A DNA stretch of 64,000 bases from the NCBI RefSeq assembly GCF_006345805.1, contig NC_043003.1, positions 1,054,001-1,118,000 on the forward strand, written 5' to 3'. The stretch comes from Octopus sinensis (lineage: Eukaryota). How positions within the stretch are numbered: position 1 is the stretch's first letter; each line of letters begins with the position of its first letter. Under the pieces are notes generated by a model. It saw only the letters and a program-made list of their open reading frames with translations. It did no database searches and was not told where the DNA came from. Position numbers and translations under genes: made by a program. This document shows, in pieces, positions 1-13,803 of this stretch.

Positions 1-603
1 TGATACGAAAAGAACTCCTGAATTTCTTGGTGAGATCCAAGTCATGATTGTCAACGATCCCTCCAACTCAATCCGGTCCATCGCCAGGGACATGGAAGTG
101 TCTGAGTCTCTTATCAGGCAGGCAGTGCACGAAGACATGTGGCCCTTTCTCATACAAGATGAGAAAGGGCCAATTCTTATACCAATCCATCAAGGACAAA
201 AGGAAGGACCGCACTACGAAGCTTTTGAACAAACTCGAGCATCCCCCCCACCAACTGAACATGCTTTGGTTTTTCTCAGACGAGAAAAATTTCTGAAAGG
301 ATGGTAGATACACAGAACAACCGCTGGTTTGCTGTGTCTTCAAAACATGAACCGAGAGGGCTAAAAATCATCGTCATGGTATTTTGAGTGATCCCTAGTG
401 ATGGCCACGTTATGCCTCCATTGATCTTCCTACACGGCCTCAGATTCAACACGAAGATCTACATCAAGTGCCTGGAGGAGGAAGTGCTGCCCTGGGTCAA
501 GAGGGTGGCTACTGGAAGACCCTATTTCTGGCCATAGCAGAACCCAGTCATGGTTGTCAGACAATTTCTGCGACCACATCACCCCTAACATCTGGCCACT
601 AAT
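1..603 (+). mobile_element. Tc1/mariner-superfamily transposase remnant (maT/DD37D-like), frameshifted
   Basis: Fragments SIRSIARDMEVSESLIRQAVHED, WFFSDEKNF, DGHVMPP...[16 protein letters not shown] and [13 protein letters not shown]. Same family as 61965-62440. Confidence 0.8.
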
Positions 604-642
604 TTTTCTTTCTGCATAATTTAGACAATTTATTGACGCATC

Positions 643-711
<69 letters not shown>

Positions 712-719
712 TATATATG

Positions 720-755
<36 letters not shown>

Positions 756-810
756 TATATAAATGTATATATACACATATTTTTACGTACATTATATATA
801 TATATAATAT

Positions 811-885
<75 letters not shown>

Positions 886-893
886 CATATATA

Positions 894-1273
894 GGCGCAG
901 GAGTGGCTGTGTGGTAAGTAGCTTGCTAACCAACCACACGGTTGCGGGTTCAGTCCCACTGCGTGGCATCTTGGGCAAGTGTCTTCTGCTATAGCCCCGG
1001 GCCGACCAATGCCTTGTGAGTGGATTTGGTAGACGGAAACTGAAAGAAGCCTGTCGTATATATGTATATATATGTATATGTGTGTGTGTTTGTGTGTCTG
1101 TGTTTGTCCCCCTAGCATTGCTTGACAACCGATGCTGGTGTGTTTAGGTCCCCGTCACTTAGCGGTTCGGCAAAAAGAGACCGATAGAATAAGTACTAAA
1201 AGGTGGTGCTCCAGCATGGCCGCAGTCAAATGACTGAAACAAGTAAAAGAGTAAAAGAGTAAAGAGTAAGAGT
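894..1273 (+). mobile_element. tRNA-derived SINE 'family A' (internal (TA)n(TG)n tract, LINE-like 3' stem-loop tail), young copy
   Basis: A/B-box-like head (tggctgtgtggtaag...ggttcagtccc), partial CORE-like box cttgggcaagtgtctt, tail cagcatggccgcagtcaaatgactgaaac plus (AAAAGAGT)n. Near-identical to 56708-57095. Other copies at about 9405-9815(+), 12078-12536(+), 16421-16590(+), 16847-17237(-), 17478-17885(-), 33900-34125(+), 50824-51222(+), 63300-63445(-). Confidence 0.9.
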
Positions 1274-1287
1274 ATATATATATACAT

Positions 1288-1353
<66 letters not shown>

Positions 1354-1446
1354 CATTATATATATATACATATATATATATATACATATATATATACATA
1401 TACATATATATATATATGTATATATATAATATATATACATAATATA

Positions 1447-2328
<882 letters not shown>

Positions 2329-2334
2329 CCATGT

Positions 2335-2565
2335 TGATTCGCTAGCCTCTGCACGCATATTTTTTCTCTCCTTCTTTCTGTGTTTCTTTTCTGTGTATCT
2401 TTCTGTTGAAGAGCGTAGGCTCGAAACGTTAAAGACTTGTTTTATTTATATTTCCTGAGCGCCATACTAATACAATTGTTTGTTTGTATTCCACCTGCCT
2501 TCGTCTTTTGTTTATTTCCGTAAACCTGCCTTCGTCTTTTGTCTATTTTCATAAAGCTTCCCGTT
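2335..2565 (+). mobile_element. Penelope-like pseudo-LTR-type repeat with a hammerhead-like motif (2398-2435)
   Basis: tcttt-CTGTTGA-A-GAGC-gtag-GCTC-GAAA-CG-TT-aaaga. Homologous to 52090-52260 and 52280-52440. The Penelope assignment is inferred from the known PLE-hammerhead association. Confidence 0.6.
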
Positions 2566-2741
2566 ATATATATATGTATATATTATATATATATATAATA
2601 CATATATATATATATATATATACATACATATACATATATATACTTATACATACATACATACATACATACATACATACATACATACATACATACACATACA
2701 CACACACACATATTCACATACACACACATAGGGTAAAGGAT

Positions 2742-3075
2742 AAAGACTCCTTTCGGTCATGAATGACCATGGGATTGCACCTAGATAGTTACCCTCCGAG
2801 GCACAAGTCCGGGCAAGGTGGTTTGTGGAAGGCCAGCAGTCGCCCATGCATACCAGCCTCCCCTCTCCACACCACTGGTGTTATCCAAGGGAAAGGCAAA
2901 GGGGCCGATACAGCTCGGCACCTGTGACGTCACAACTCATTTCCACAGCTGAGTGAACTGGAGCAATGTGAAATAAAGTGTCTTGCTCGAGAACGCAACA
3001 CGCAGCTCGGTCTGGAATCGAACTCACTCCCTCATGGTTGTGAGCCCAACGCTCTAACGACCGAGCTATGCTTGG
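2742..3075 (-). mobile_element. CORE-type tRNA-derived SINE
   Basis: On the minus strand: a tRNA-like head, then ttctcgagcaagacactttatttcacattgctccagttcactcagctgtggaaatgagt, which aligns with the CORE domain. Related diverged copies at about 26815-27062(-) and 55497-55790(+). Confidence 0.75.
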
Positions 3076-3264
3076 CAAAAATGAATAGATTCTCATGATT
3101 ATTGTTTCAGCTCAGACTAATTTTATGGTGATTTATTCGTAACTGCGATAACTGAACCTTTATTTACAATTCCGTCTGAGAAGAGAGAAGTTGATTGCAG
3201 AGAGAACTTGACCGCAAATAGAGATTTTGCGATTGTTGAAATAACGAACCAAATCACTAACACA

Positions 3265-3492
3265 GGGAGGGGGCGATCAACCAGTTCAAAGCCACAATTA
3301 TGCACAGCAGACATTGAAACCAAGGACTTGTGTGCTGAAGCATTGTCCTAATGAAACCAGACCCCATTCATCAGTTTTTCTGGGTGTTTGGTCTTGATAG
3401 CCTTTCATAACTGCCTCAGCCAGTTGGCATTGAACTTTCCATTGATGCTGTGATCATTATGAAGATAGTCAATAAACACAATATTTTTTGCA
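3265..3492 (-). mobile_element. mariner transposase fragment (catalytic region, degenerate)
   Basis: VFIDYLHND...AIKTKHPEKL..GVWFH*DNASAHKSLVSMSAVHNCGFELV. Confidence 0.75.
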
Positions 3493-4039
3493 TTAACGTA
3501 GAGTATATGTAATAATGTGAAGTATATTTTGCATATTAAAATGTTTCATTTTGGAAATATATCGAGCAGAGCAAACATAAGCAGTAGAAATACAAATTGC
3601 AAGCATTTCAAAATGTGGGACACTACATGACGAAAACCAACAAGAAAAAAAAAAACAGGAAGAAAATAGTGTTGCTTGTGTTCCAAAGGTAAAATGAAGA
3701 AGTTCAGGGGAAGGATTGAAAGTTGGGAAAGAAGGGAAGAAAGGTAGAAGGAAAGAAAAGAATGAGAAGTGAAAAGGTAAACCGGGCGTGTGAGGTGAGT
3801 GGTAGGCAGGAAATGAAGCAAAATACATGTCTTACCTAAATAAGTAGAAAAAAAAGATGAGTGAAAAGAAGCTGGATGGTCTTTTGGTGCCAAAAAGTGA
3901 AGAAAGAGAGAGGCAGAGTGGAGTAGAGAAGGCTGGTTGAGTGCAGGTAGGAGGAAGAGGGAGTGAAGAGAAAGAAAGGGAATAAAGATAGACAGTGGGT
4001 AGTTGAGAGAGATGGTGAGAGGAAGAAATGGAAGGCAGT

Positions 4040-4070
<31 letters not shown>

Positions 4071-4227
4071 AGAGAGAGAAATAGACGGGGAAGGTTTTGT
4101 GCACAAGAGGAGAGAGGAGGACAGAGAAAAATAGATAGAAAAGAGAGAAAGTCTTGCATCAAATATTGAAGAATGAGTAGGAAAAGAAGTGGGGCGGGGG
4201 GTGACATTGAGTAACAGCCATAAAATG

Positions 4228-4261
<34 letters not shown>

Positions 4262-4268
<7 letters not shown>

Positions 4269-4632
4269 GATGAAGGAAATCGTTGTACACAGTGTTCAGG
4301 TGCACTACAACAACTAAAAAAAGGCCATCACGTGTACTGTTGGCGGATTTCATGAAGTTTTCAAGGATGCAGTGCCTCGACAGCTAACAACTGATGCGGG
4401 TGGTTTATTCCAAACTTCAGCAATTCTGAGTGTGAAAAAATATTTCCGAAAGAAATTGGCATCTATATAATTAATATATGCAACAAACAGTAGGGGTCCA
4501 AGAACGAACCCCTGTGGTACACCAAAAGTCATCTCGTAGGGTGAAGAATGATGTCCTAGAACCATAACTACCACTTTCCGGTCGACAATGAAGGAATTCA
4601 GCCAGTTATAAAGATTATCCTTCACACCCATT
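4262..4632 (-). mobile_element. CR1-type LINE reverse transcriptase remnant with a large internal deletion
   Basis: LYNWLNSFIVDRKVVV...GVPQGFVLGPLLFVAYINYI is fused directly to the C-terminal RKYFFTLRIAEVWNKPPASVV. Confidence 0.85.
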
Positions 4633-4685
4633 GACCCTTTGCAGAGAGTTTTACCATGAGAAGTGGATGGGAGTTCAATCTTTGG

Positions 4686-4781
<96 letters not shown>

Positions 4782-4782
<1 letters not shown>

Positions 4783-6560
4783 ACTTAGTTTGATTGAATC
4801 ACATGAACAACATGTAGAACACATTAAAAGGGTATTCGAAAAGAATACGGCTTCAATTTAATGGGAGAAAAATGCAAGTTCTTTATGAAAAAAAATACCT
4901 GGACCAGATAATAGATCAAAACGGACGGAAAATGGATCCATTCAGAGCACCTGTGATAAAAAAAAATATGCCCACATTGAATAATGTGAATATGGTTCAA
5001 GCATTCTTGGGTTTAGTAAATCATTATCAAATTTGCATTCCCAAAATACATAATGTAAGGACCCCACTCTGTTAAAGAAAAATATAAAATGGTGTTGGAC
5101 TGATAAGTCCCAGAAGGTATTTGACGAGTTAAAAAGTATTTTAACATCGGACTTATCTTTAACGCATTTTGATTCAAAGTTGGATATCATTTTGGTTACA
5201 GATGCGGTTGAGTACGGTGCAGGAGCCGTGCTTCTGCACAAATATGACGATTGGAGTAAAAAGGCGATAGCCCATGCTTCACGATTATTATTACCAGCTG
5301 AAAGGAACTGTAGTCAGATAGAAAAGGAAGCGTTTGCAATCATACACGGTGTGAAAAAATTGCAGAGATTTGTTCATGGAAGAAGTTTCTGTCTGCAAAC
5401 GGATCATCGGCCATTACTGTCAATTGCAGCTCTAAAAAAGGAATACCAACACACACAGCAAATAGGTTACAACTGTAGCGACTTAGGCATAGTTCAGTTG
5501 TGCAGTGGCTGACTCCAGCCAATCAGGGATAGAGGCGTATGAATAAAAAACTGCAGTGAAGAGGCACTTTCAAATTAGTTGATGAATTGACTGCCTTGAA
5601 GCAACATCACTTTCTTTGAAATGCAACGATATTTGTGTTCTCCACCAACTTCGGGCAACTTATGTGAATGATATCAGCTACAACTCTGCTTCAACATGAG
5701 CGGTACATTCGCATACATTTGCAGATTAATCGTTGTTACTACTACTTGCCAGCACTCGTTATATTTAAATAAAGTTTAAATGACCGGACTTCTGAACACT
5801 CTGCACACTGCAATGAACTTCATACATTAAATCACAGAACACTCACTCCAAATTACTGGCTGTTTATACTAAATTAGTGACTCACTAAACAACGATGGGG
5901 CACTACTTTATTGAATTAGGACTACAAAAGGGAATATTTACCGTCAAAAACCTAGGGCTTGCGGATGGTATGACCAGATTGATACCGAAACACTGCTAGC
6001 CATTCAATGATACGGTAATCGCAGCCTTAAGAGCAGAAGGAACAAATTTTTTAAATGTAATAAAGAATGTGGTACGCGAATTACCAATAACCCTAGAAGA
6101 TATAAAGCAAAATGCGGTAAAAGACTAATTCATAAGAGAAGTGGAAAGAACACTGTGGTCAGGAAAAGTAAATAGGAACAGGATTGGTGCGAAAGAAAAC
6201 CAAGACATGACCCTACACTCAATGTTTGATGGCGAACTGCTTTATGCACAGAGAGTAGTGATACTTGAAACACTACGAAAGGAAATGTTGAGAGAATTTC
6301 CTGGTATTTCGAGGATGAAAGCTTTAATGCACAACTAGGAGTATTGGCCAAAAATGGAAAGAGAAATCGAAAATTTGGTGGGAGGATGTGCTCTAGCAGC
6401 AAAATCACTGATGATGAAAACGTGAACCTTGGCCAAAAGCAAATGTTCCGTAGTCGAGACTAGACATCGATTTCGCTGGTCCCTTAAATGGTTCATACTA
6501 CTTAGTGGTAGTTGATAGTTTCTCTAAATGGCCAGAAATTTCTAAGTATTAAAAAACTAA
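4782..6560 (+). mobile_element. Ty3/Gypsy pol remnant (RT C-terminus, RNase H, integrase N-terminus), interrupted by a solo LTR
   Basis: VQAFLGLVNHY, TDAVEYGAGAVL, YSQIEKEA-like CSQIEKEAFAII, TDHRPL, ANRLQ|RW, ADGMTR, PGISRMK and SRLDIDFAGP..YLVVVDSFSKWPE. Multiple stops and frameshifts. Confidence 0.92.
5474..5889. mobile_element. Solo LTR inserted in the Gypsy RNase H region
   Basis: Termini TGTAGCG...CACTAAA (a degenerate TGTAG/CTACA inverted end), 4-bp TSD CAAC (5470-5473/5890-5893). Removing it restores GCA AAT AGG TTA CAA CGA TGG (ANRLQRW). Confidence 0.8.
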
Positions 6561-6665
6561 CCTCAAAACCTCCGAAAAGGGAGGTGGGGTGATATAAAAA
6601 GCATTGCTATTAAAAGAAATAAAATGACACTCTCTAAGAAGAAAAGGAAAACTTAAAATGGGAGA

Positions 6666-6852
6666 TGTTGTGGGGATAATAGTAATTATAGTACACACCA
6701 TCCACGTGACAAGTGGTATGTGCTAGTCATTATAAATAGGGCGATGTCGGTCAGTATAGAGAGAGAGTACAAAGTAGACGGTCATAGATAGTTGTGGTCT
6801 TAGTTGTCTAACTAACTACACTGTTGATATAGTCTCTGCAAGGTAGTGAACA
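6666..6852 (+). mobile_element. Probable 3' LTR of the Gypsy element
   Basis: TGTT...AACA termini, immediately preceded by the purine-rich tract aaaatgggaga (PPT position), downstream of the integrase fragment. Confidence 0.55.
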
Positions 6853-7559
6853 TTTGTGAAAAATGTTTTTTTTTTTATTTTCAAAGTCAAAAATGCCGTA
6901 AATGTTACTCACTGTGCCTCGCCCACCCCTAATGGAAACTGGAAAAACATACTTTCAGAAATAGCTTTTCGAATTTTCCTGTTTTTATCGGGATTTCACC
7001 CCGGCTTCTTTTTTCCTTTTTTCTTTTTTTTTTCCACGCATTGCAAAATAATGAAGAATCCGTTTTAAAAGAAGAAGAATCCACGTCTTTATCCACCACC
7101 TCACACACACACACATCACGTGTTTGGAACAGCATCACCCACAGCAACGATTTTCTCCTTTTTCCTAATTTTCTGTCATGTTATCTTATTCCCCATCCTG
7201 AAGCATTTGTGACTCGCATCGAAAGAACAGAGAAATGCTTCCCTTCTTCGCCACTTCTTTGTACTTTTTACAATGAAACAAAAGTTAGATACTCTTTCCA
7301 ACTTTAAGGCACATGGCCTGAAATTTTAAGGGGAGAGGCCAGTCGATTAGATCGACCCCAGTACGCAACTGATATCTAATTCGACCCCGAAAGGATGAAA
7401 GGCAAAGTCGACCTCAGCAGAATTTGAACTCAGAACGTAACAGCAGACGAATACCTATTTCTTTACTACCCACAAGGGGCTAAACACAGAGAGGACAAAC
7501 AAGGACAGACAAACGGATTAAGTCAATTATGTCGACCCCAGTGCGTAACTGGTACCCTA

Positions 7560-8130
7560 GAACAGATTGGGATGATCATTTTCGATGTGTGTACTCTATC
7601 TCATAACGTTGCTTTTGAGTACACTGCGTTCCATAATGTTAGTGAGGGATTTCAGGATAAGATATCCTTGTTTCGGCAGAGTCAACAGGAGACTTTCGTT
7701 AGATACTTTCAGTTATTCCAAAAGACGCAAGACCTCACCAAATCAGACTTTGATTGAAATTATCGAATTTGTGGACGAATTTTAAGGAACTTCAACTGAA
7801 AACAAACATAAGAGCTTCAGCTAAACAAAAATCAACACTGGTGATTTTGATTTAAAAAAAAAAAATTTAACTGCTGGAACTTGGAGAAGAGGTTCTAACA
7901 TCCGATGAAATTGCGGAACGGTGGGGAATTCTATAACTGATATTAAAGAATTCACATCATTAATTTGACGAACAAAAAAGAAAAAAAGAAAGTCTTTCCA
8001 GCGTTCATCTCAACAACTTCTGTTACAAATGGTGAACGACCAAGAGGTCTGTTACGATGAACAACGAGGAAATAATTTTAGAGTTGCATCGATGAATTTG
8101 TAGACAAGTCTGCAGACCATTGTTTTAGAT
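7560..8130 (+). mobile_element. Possible highly degenerate hAT-like transposase C-terminal remnant
   Basis: Interrupted frames with FQDKISLFRQ and IDEFVDKSADH are reminiscent of hAT dimerisation-region ends. The similarity is weak. Confidence 0.3.
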
Positions 8131-10367
8131 CCCCCCAAAAATGTGGAGCACTCTAATGAGCTCAACAGCTTGGACTATCTCGCCTACCACACCACCGACT
8201 CCTACTAACAAAAGGATGTCCATCCATCCGTCCGTCCGTCCATCCGTCCATCCATCTGTGTGTGTGTGTGTGTAAAATGCTGCTGACTTTTACTCCAGTT
8301 CTACGTAATTCTTCCCATAATCAGATATTTTCTTGTTATCTTTCCTATTTTTCGTTTTACTTTCTTTTCTTTTTCTTTCATTCCCTTATTTTTATCCATT
8401 TTCCGACAACTGCTGGAAATTTTCAAGACACCATTTCTTGTAAAGAAAATCTTTAGATTTAAAATGAAGGAAGAATGAAATCATGGCATATCTTTTGTCT
8501 TCTTTCACGAAGCGATAAGGAAACCATTCTTACCCGTTCAATGCAATTATTTAAAGCAGCAATTTAAGGGGAGACTACTCTTTAAAATTGTATGATCAAC
8601 ACTGAACGTGGCTATTCTCCCTTGAATCAGTAAAATGAAGTCGACGTTTTTTACCTTAAATATTACTATTAACAATCCCTGTATGATTTATATAAAACGA
8701 TTCCTTACACATATGGTGATGACTAGATTTGTCAGAGAGAGGTTTTGTGAAACTGATGTTCTTATTTATTTCTTCACTGATTTGGAATTTCCAGAGCGAC
8801 GATTTCCAGAGTGACGATTCAGGAACAATGTCGCCGCACAATATCTTAAAGGAGGCTTTTTAAACATAATTTTATTTGTTTGCTGGCTGCGCCAATGTTT
8901 TACTTTGAGGCAGTATTGCACTTCTCCCGCGCCGAATTTATCTTCATACACCAGTGAATAAACTTTATAATTGAAGAAAGGCAACAAGGCGGGGGGCGCT
9001 TGCTTTGGGTTTCCAGGCGTGTCTCCAGGAAGTCTCCTTTAACAAGGTCTCCACATATCGTCCTGTACCGTCTCAAATATTTTTGTGAACCCTTAATGGT
9101 TAATAAAGAAATTATGCCATCGACATTTTCCATCCAAAAGGGTTTTCTAATCCAATATTGGCAAACTAATATTTCTAGCTTTATCTACTTCGAGTTCTAC
9201 AGTTAAAAACAAATGAGCATTTTTATTAATATTATCAAAATTATTATTATTGTTGTTGTTGTTGTTGTTGTCTCAGTATATTAGGATTCATAAAAAGACT
9301 AGCTATTTCTTCCCTTTTCGTGCTCATGGTGGATGAGAAATAAATCTGCCCCTGGACAGAACGCCATCTACAACATGAAACGTTCTCCCGATTCTATACG
9401 TATTAGGCGTGACTGCATGGTTAAGAAGCTTGCTTCCCAACACAGTAGTCTTGGGTTCAATCCCACAGCATGGCGTCTTGGGAAACTATCTTCTGATATA
9501 GCTCAGGGCTGACCAGAGCCGTGTGAGTGGATTTGGTGCACGGAGAATAAAAGAAGCCCGTCGTGCACGCACGCATGCACACACACACATACACACACAC
9601 ACACACACACATATGTATATCAGTGTGTGTGTGTTTGTGTTTGTTTCAGTGCCACTTCGCTTGGAGACCGGTGTTGGTTTGTTTAAGCTCCGTAACTTAG
9701 CAGTTTCGATGACAGAGGCCAATAAAATAAGTAACAGACTCGAAAAGAAAAATATTAATGAGGGTCGATTTGGTAATGCCCCAGCATGGCTGGTGTTCAA
9801 TGAACGAAACAATTAAAAAGTTAAAGAAGAATATTCATAAACATCCTTTCGTAACCAATGAAGCGTGTTATCTAGCAGATAAAAGAGTTCTCATGCTTGG
9901 CTTGTTTCCATGGAAACAGCATGAATGCGTCTGTAGCTTTCGATTGGCTAAAATTACCCAAAATTTTCAAACTTTAAAAGCTAATAACTCTTTATTTATT
10001 GCGAAAATGAATTTCAAAGCAGTGATTAGTATATAAAACCATATCATCACACCGAATATGAAATCAATTTGAGCAGGAATTGAAGAGATTGAGGATTGGC
10101 AACCAAACTGAAAAGATCCCTGGGGTTAAACAACAACAATGAGAAAAATAGAAGGGACATCTACCTGGACGATGGACTGGCTAAATGTAGTAGTGAAATC
10201 TCTCTCAAATCCGACACTATCGATTCGGGAGGGGGAAAGAAGGATACATGAAAAAAATGCGGTCGTGTGTAGCTATGTAAAAACAGACGGGGTGGTCACG
10301 GTGGGGATAATTTGATTACAGTTTTACTAGATGGATACTGACCTGGTGCATGACAACAACACCAGCA

Positions 10368-10590
10368 GCTGTAGCAACAACAACAACAACAACAAGAAGA
10401 CTGCTATTACCAACAAAACTACTACAAATAACACCACCGCCATCACCAACAATGACAACAGTACCGCCGCCGCCACCACTACCACCACCACCAACAACAA
10501 CAACAATAACAACAACAACATTAACTCAACATCTACAACTGCTGTAATACAACTACCTGTACCGTTGCCAATAGCAACTACAGCAACAGC
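10368..10590. repeat. (AAC/ACC)n trinucleotide low-complexity tract
   Basis: Direct reading. Similar tracts occur at about 40790-40905 (CAC), 42685-42950 (TAA/TGA), 43855-44010 (TAA/TTA) and 58805-58935 (ACT/ACC). Confidence 0.95.
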
Positions 10591-10822
10591 AGCGATTGCT
10601 CTGTTGGTGTATTTCTAGATTTGTCGCGCAATGGCCGAGAAGACGTCCACTGACGAAACACGGAGTTCATTCGGGAAGCATCAATAAATTGAAACGTCTG
10701 TTATCTATAGACATCGTATATACATACATACATACATACATACACACACTCACACACACATATATATATATATATGTATATATATAACAACTTTTGTAAT
10801 ATATTTACTGCTTTTTAACAAA

Positions 10823-10905
<83 letters not shown>

Positions 10906-10918
10906 AATATAATATAAC

Positions 10919-10953
<35 letters not shown>

Positions 10954-11068
10954 ACACACACACACACACTTTATTAAAAAGCAGCAAATATATGACAAAA
11001 AGCTGTTACTCAGAGTTTCACGTTCCCGTTCGTCGGAGAGTTTGTAAGAAACAAAACTCTAAGCAAAA

Positions 11069-11106
11069 CTGTCCGACGAACGGGAACGTGAAACTCTGAG
11101 TAACAG
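11069..11106 (+). ncRNA. Minimal type-I hammerhead ribozyme motif, U4C core variant
   Basis: ctgt-CCGACGA-ACG-ggaa-CGT-GAAA-CTC-t-GAG-TA-acag. An antisense copy lies at about 11003-11037. Confidence 0.7.
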
Positions 11107-11209
11107 CTTTTTGTCATATATTTGCTTTTTTTTAATAAAGTATATTACTTTACCTCTGGTATTCGAGTACTATTTTTTCCACCTTGTCTCGCATTTATGT
11201 ACTCACTCT

Positions 11210-11301
<92 letters not shown>

Positions 11302-11302
<1 letters not shown>

Positions 11303-11794
11303 TAGCAGTATCGCCCGGCGTTGCTCGGGTTTGTAAGGGAAATAACTATATAAGCATTTTTAGAGAGTTACTTCCCTTATAAATTCGGGCTTTCTTAGCC
11401 ATTTCTGTTTTGGTGTCTTCAAGCCATGAAGTCGTTGTTCTAAAAGAACGCTGGTTTCCTTCACAACGCATTACGACGTTGATTTCTTTACACTCCCTTC
11501 CCCACAGCTTCACGAGGGAGGGAAGGGGGAGAAGCAAACAGGTGCAGCTGTGAGCGTGGACGCCAACTCCGCCGCCATCGACATACGATGCATTTTATGC
11601 ATTAAAATGGAATAAAAAATGATGTTAAATTATTTTTAAAATCGTAGACTCATCGTTGACGCGCGCTAATAGTCAGACGGGCTCGATATGAATCACGACT
11701 ATAAGATACCCGAATTTGGTTAAACTGCACCGCAAAATGTGGGAGGAGTTAGGAATCTAAATCGAAGGGGACAGACACTCACACAACTAGAGTT

Positions 11795-11805
<11 letters not shown>
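11302..11805 (-). mobile_element. Non-autonomous Helitron (same family as 30958-31595)
   Basis: 3' CTAG at 11305-11302, preceded by the cccgagcaacgccggg hairpin. The 5' tatatataaaact end sits in (TA)n. Confidence 0.85.
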
Positions 11806-11825
<20 letters not shown>

Positions 11826-12015
11826 CATGTATGTATAGATAGATAGATATGTTTCTTTATTAGCCACACAGGGCTGCACACAGACGGGACAAATTATAAG
11901 GTAGAGCTTTTCTTTTGGGGATAAAAAAAGTGGGGTTGGTTTTGGACAGACATATATATATGCGGTGCCCCAGCATGGCCACAGCTTGTGAGCTGAAACT
12001 AGATAAAATAATATA

Positions 12016-12072
<57 letters not shown>

Positions 12073-13121
12073 GATTAGGAGCAGATGTGGCTGTGTGGTA
12101 AAATGTTTGCTTTCCAACCGCATAGTTTCGGGTTCATTCCCACTGCATGGCAGCTTGGGCAAGTGTTTTCTGCAGTAGCTCCGGATCGACCAAAGCCTTG
12201 TGACTGGATTTGGTAGACGGAAACTGAAAGAACTCCGTTGTGTGTGTTTATGTGAGTATGTGCATTCTTTTATTCATTTAATGGTCTCAGTCGCAGATTT
12301 GTAGCCATGCTGGAGTACATATATGCGTGCGCGTGTGTATGTGTGTATGTTTGCTCCCTCTCCGCTTGACAACCGGTGTTAGCGCGTATACATCCCCATA
12401 ACCTAGCAGAAGAGACCGATAGAATCCGGGCTTTAATAATATAATTACTAAAGTCGATGTGTTCGACTTAAATTCTTGAAGACGGTACTCCAGTATGGCC
12501 ACACTCTAAAGAACTGAAACCAGTGAAAGATAAAAGCTATATATATAAAGGCCTCCTACTTCTCCCTTCTCGTTTATTATTAACCGTTCTTAACTCTGAA
12601 CCGAACGACCTCACGTAGCAACCGACGACCAACTGTTGTGGCCTCGAGAGGGAAACGGTATTTCTCTCAAGAAATGCTTCGCGGTATTTCGGCTGCCGTT
12701 ACGTTGTGAGTTCAAATTCCGCCGAGGTCGACTTTGCCTTTCATCCTTTCGGGGTCGATAAATTAAGTACCAGTTACGCACTGGGGTCGATATAATCGAC
12801 TTAATACCTATGTCTGTCCATGTTTGTCCCCTCTATGTTTAGCCCTTTGTGGGTAATAAAGAAATAGGTATTTCTCTCAAGACGCACGCTCTCACAAATG
12901 CGTGGGCACACACACACACACACATGCAGTGGATATGCACACAAGCACGAATCCATGTGCGCGCGCCCACGCGTACATCGCAAAGAGGGACGCCCTTGTG
13001 TGGAATCAGCGTTAATGTTTCTCTAAGATTTACTGAAGGGGAAAAATAGAATTGTTGTTTCGAGTCTCATTTGAGACATTTGACATCGGGATAACTCGGT
13101 ATGTAGGTTTTGGTGTGTGTG

Positions 13122-13164
<43 letters not shown>

Positions 13165-13260
13165 GAAGGGGAGAGGGTGAAATAGAGACAGTGAGAAAGA
13201 AAGAAGAGGCGATTATCTTTCTGTCCCTTTGCTATGTTACCAGGTAACTTGGAGATAAGA

Positions 13261-13315
<55 letters not shown>

Positions 13316-13511
13316 CTAATGTGTCTTCGTGAGGGAGAGAAAGGGTGGGGGAGAGAGATTCCACTTTAGATGTGTTGCTCGTTTAATTCGAAGCAAAAGC
13401 CGGTCGCCCTTTCCATGTGAACTACACATGCCTCAAAGCTGAACTGGTACTTAAGGTATGTGAGGTTAGAATCCGTTTAGGAGAGTGCTGCCGTCTCTCT
13501 CACCCCCTCTC

Positions 13512-13558
<47 letters not shown>

Positions 13559-13693
13559 TACACACACTCATTTGTGAGATTGTAGACGACCTCAGGGAGA
13601 TTCTACTGTTATTTTTAGGCAAATCTAGTTCTAGCGAAGGCGTTTCTTCGTTGACTTGCTGGGTGAGATGTTGAAGATGGTGGTGTGGATGTG

Positions 13694-13777
13694 CCAATCA
13701 GTGTTTAGGGCGAGTGTGCTGTCCAATGAGCAGTAAATGTTTGTTCTATTCGCTTCTAATCATTTATACTTATAAAG
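13694..13777 (+). promoter_or_regulatory. Candidate Pol II promoter module: two CCAAT boxes plus TATAAAG
   Basis: CCAATCA at 13694, CCAATGA at 13723 and TATAAAG at 13771, in non-repetitive sequence. Motif evidence only. Confidence 0.3.
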
Positions 13778-13803
13778 CATTACATTGTTCTAAAAATTGA
13801 CGA

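Noticed and set aside
430-1128. Many [12 protein letters not shown]/poly-I/poly-T ORFs throughout the window, including the repeated [10 protein letters not shown]... ORFs
   Set aside because: They derive from microsatellites and from near-identical SINE copies read antisense, not from genes.
8650-9210. Cys-containing ORFs in unique sequence (8900-9133, 8766-8987)
   Set aside because: No usable splice-site pair or domain motif. Lengths are within chance expectation.
10640-10705. CTGACGA...GAAACGTC hammerhead-like words
   Set aside because: Stems I and II cannot be formed convincingly.
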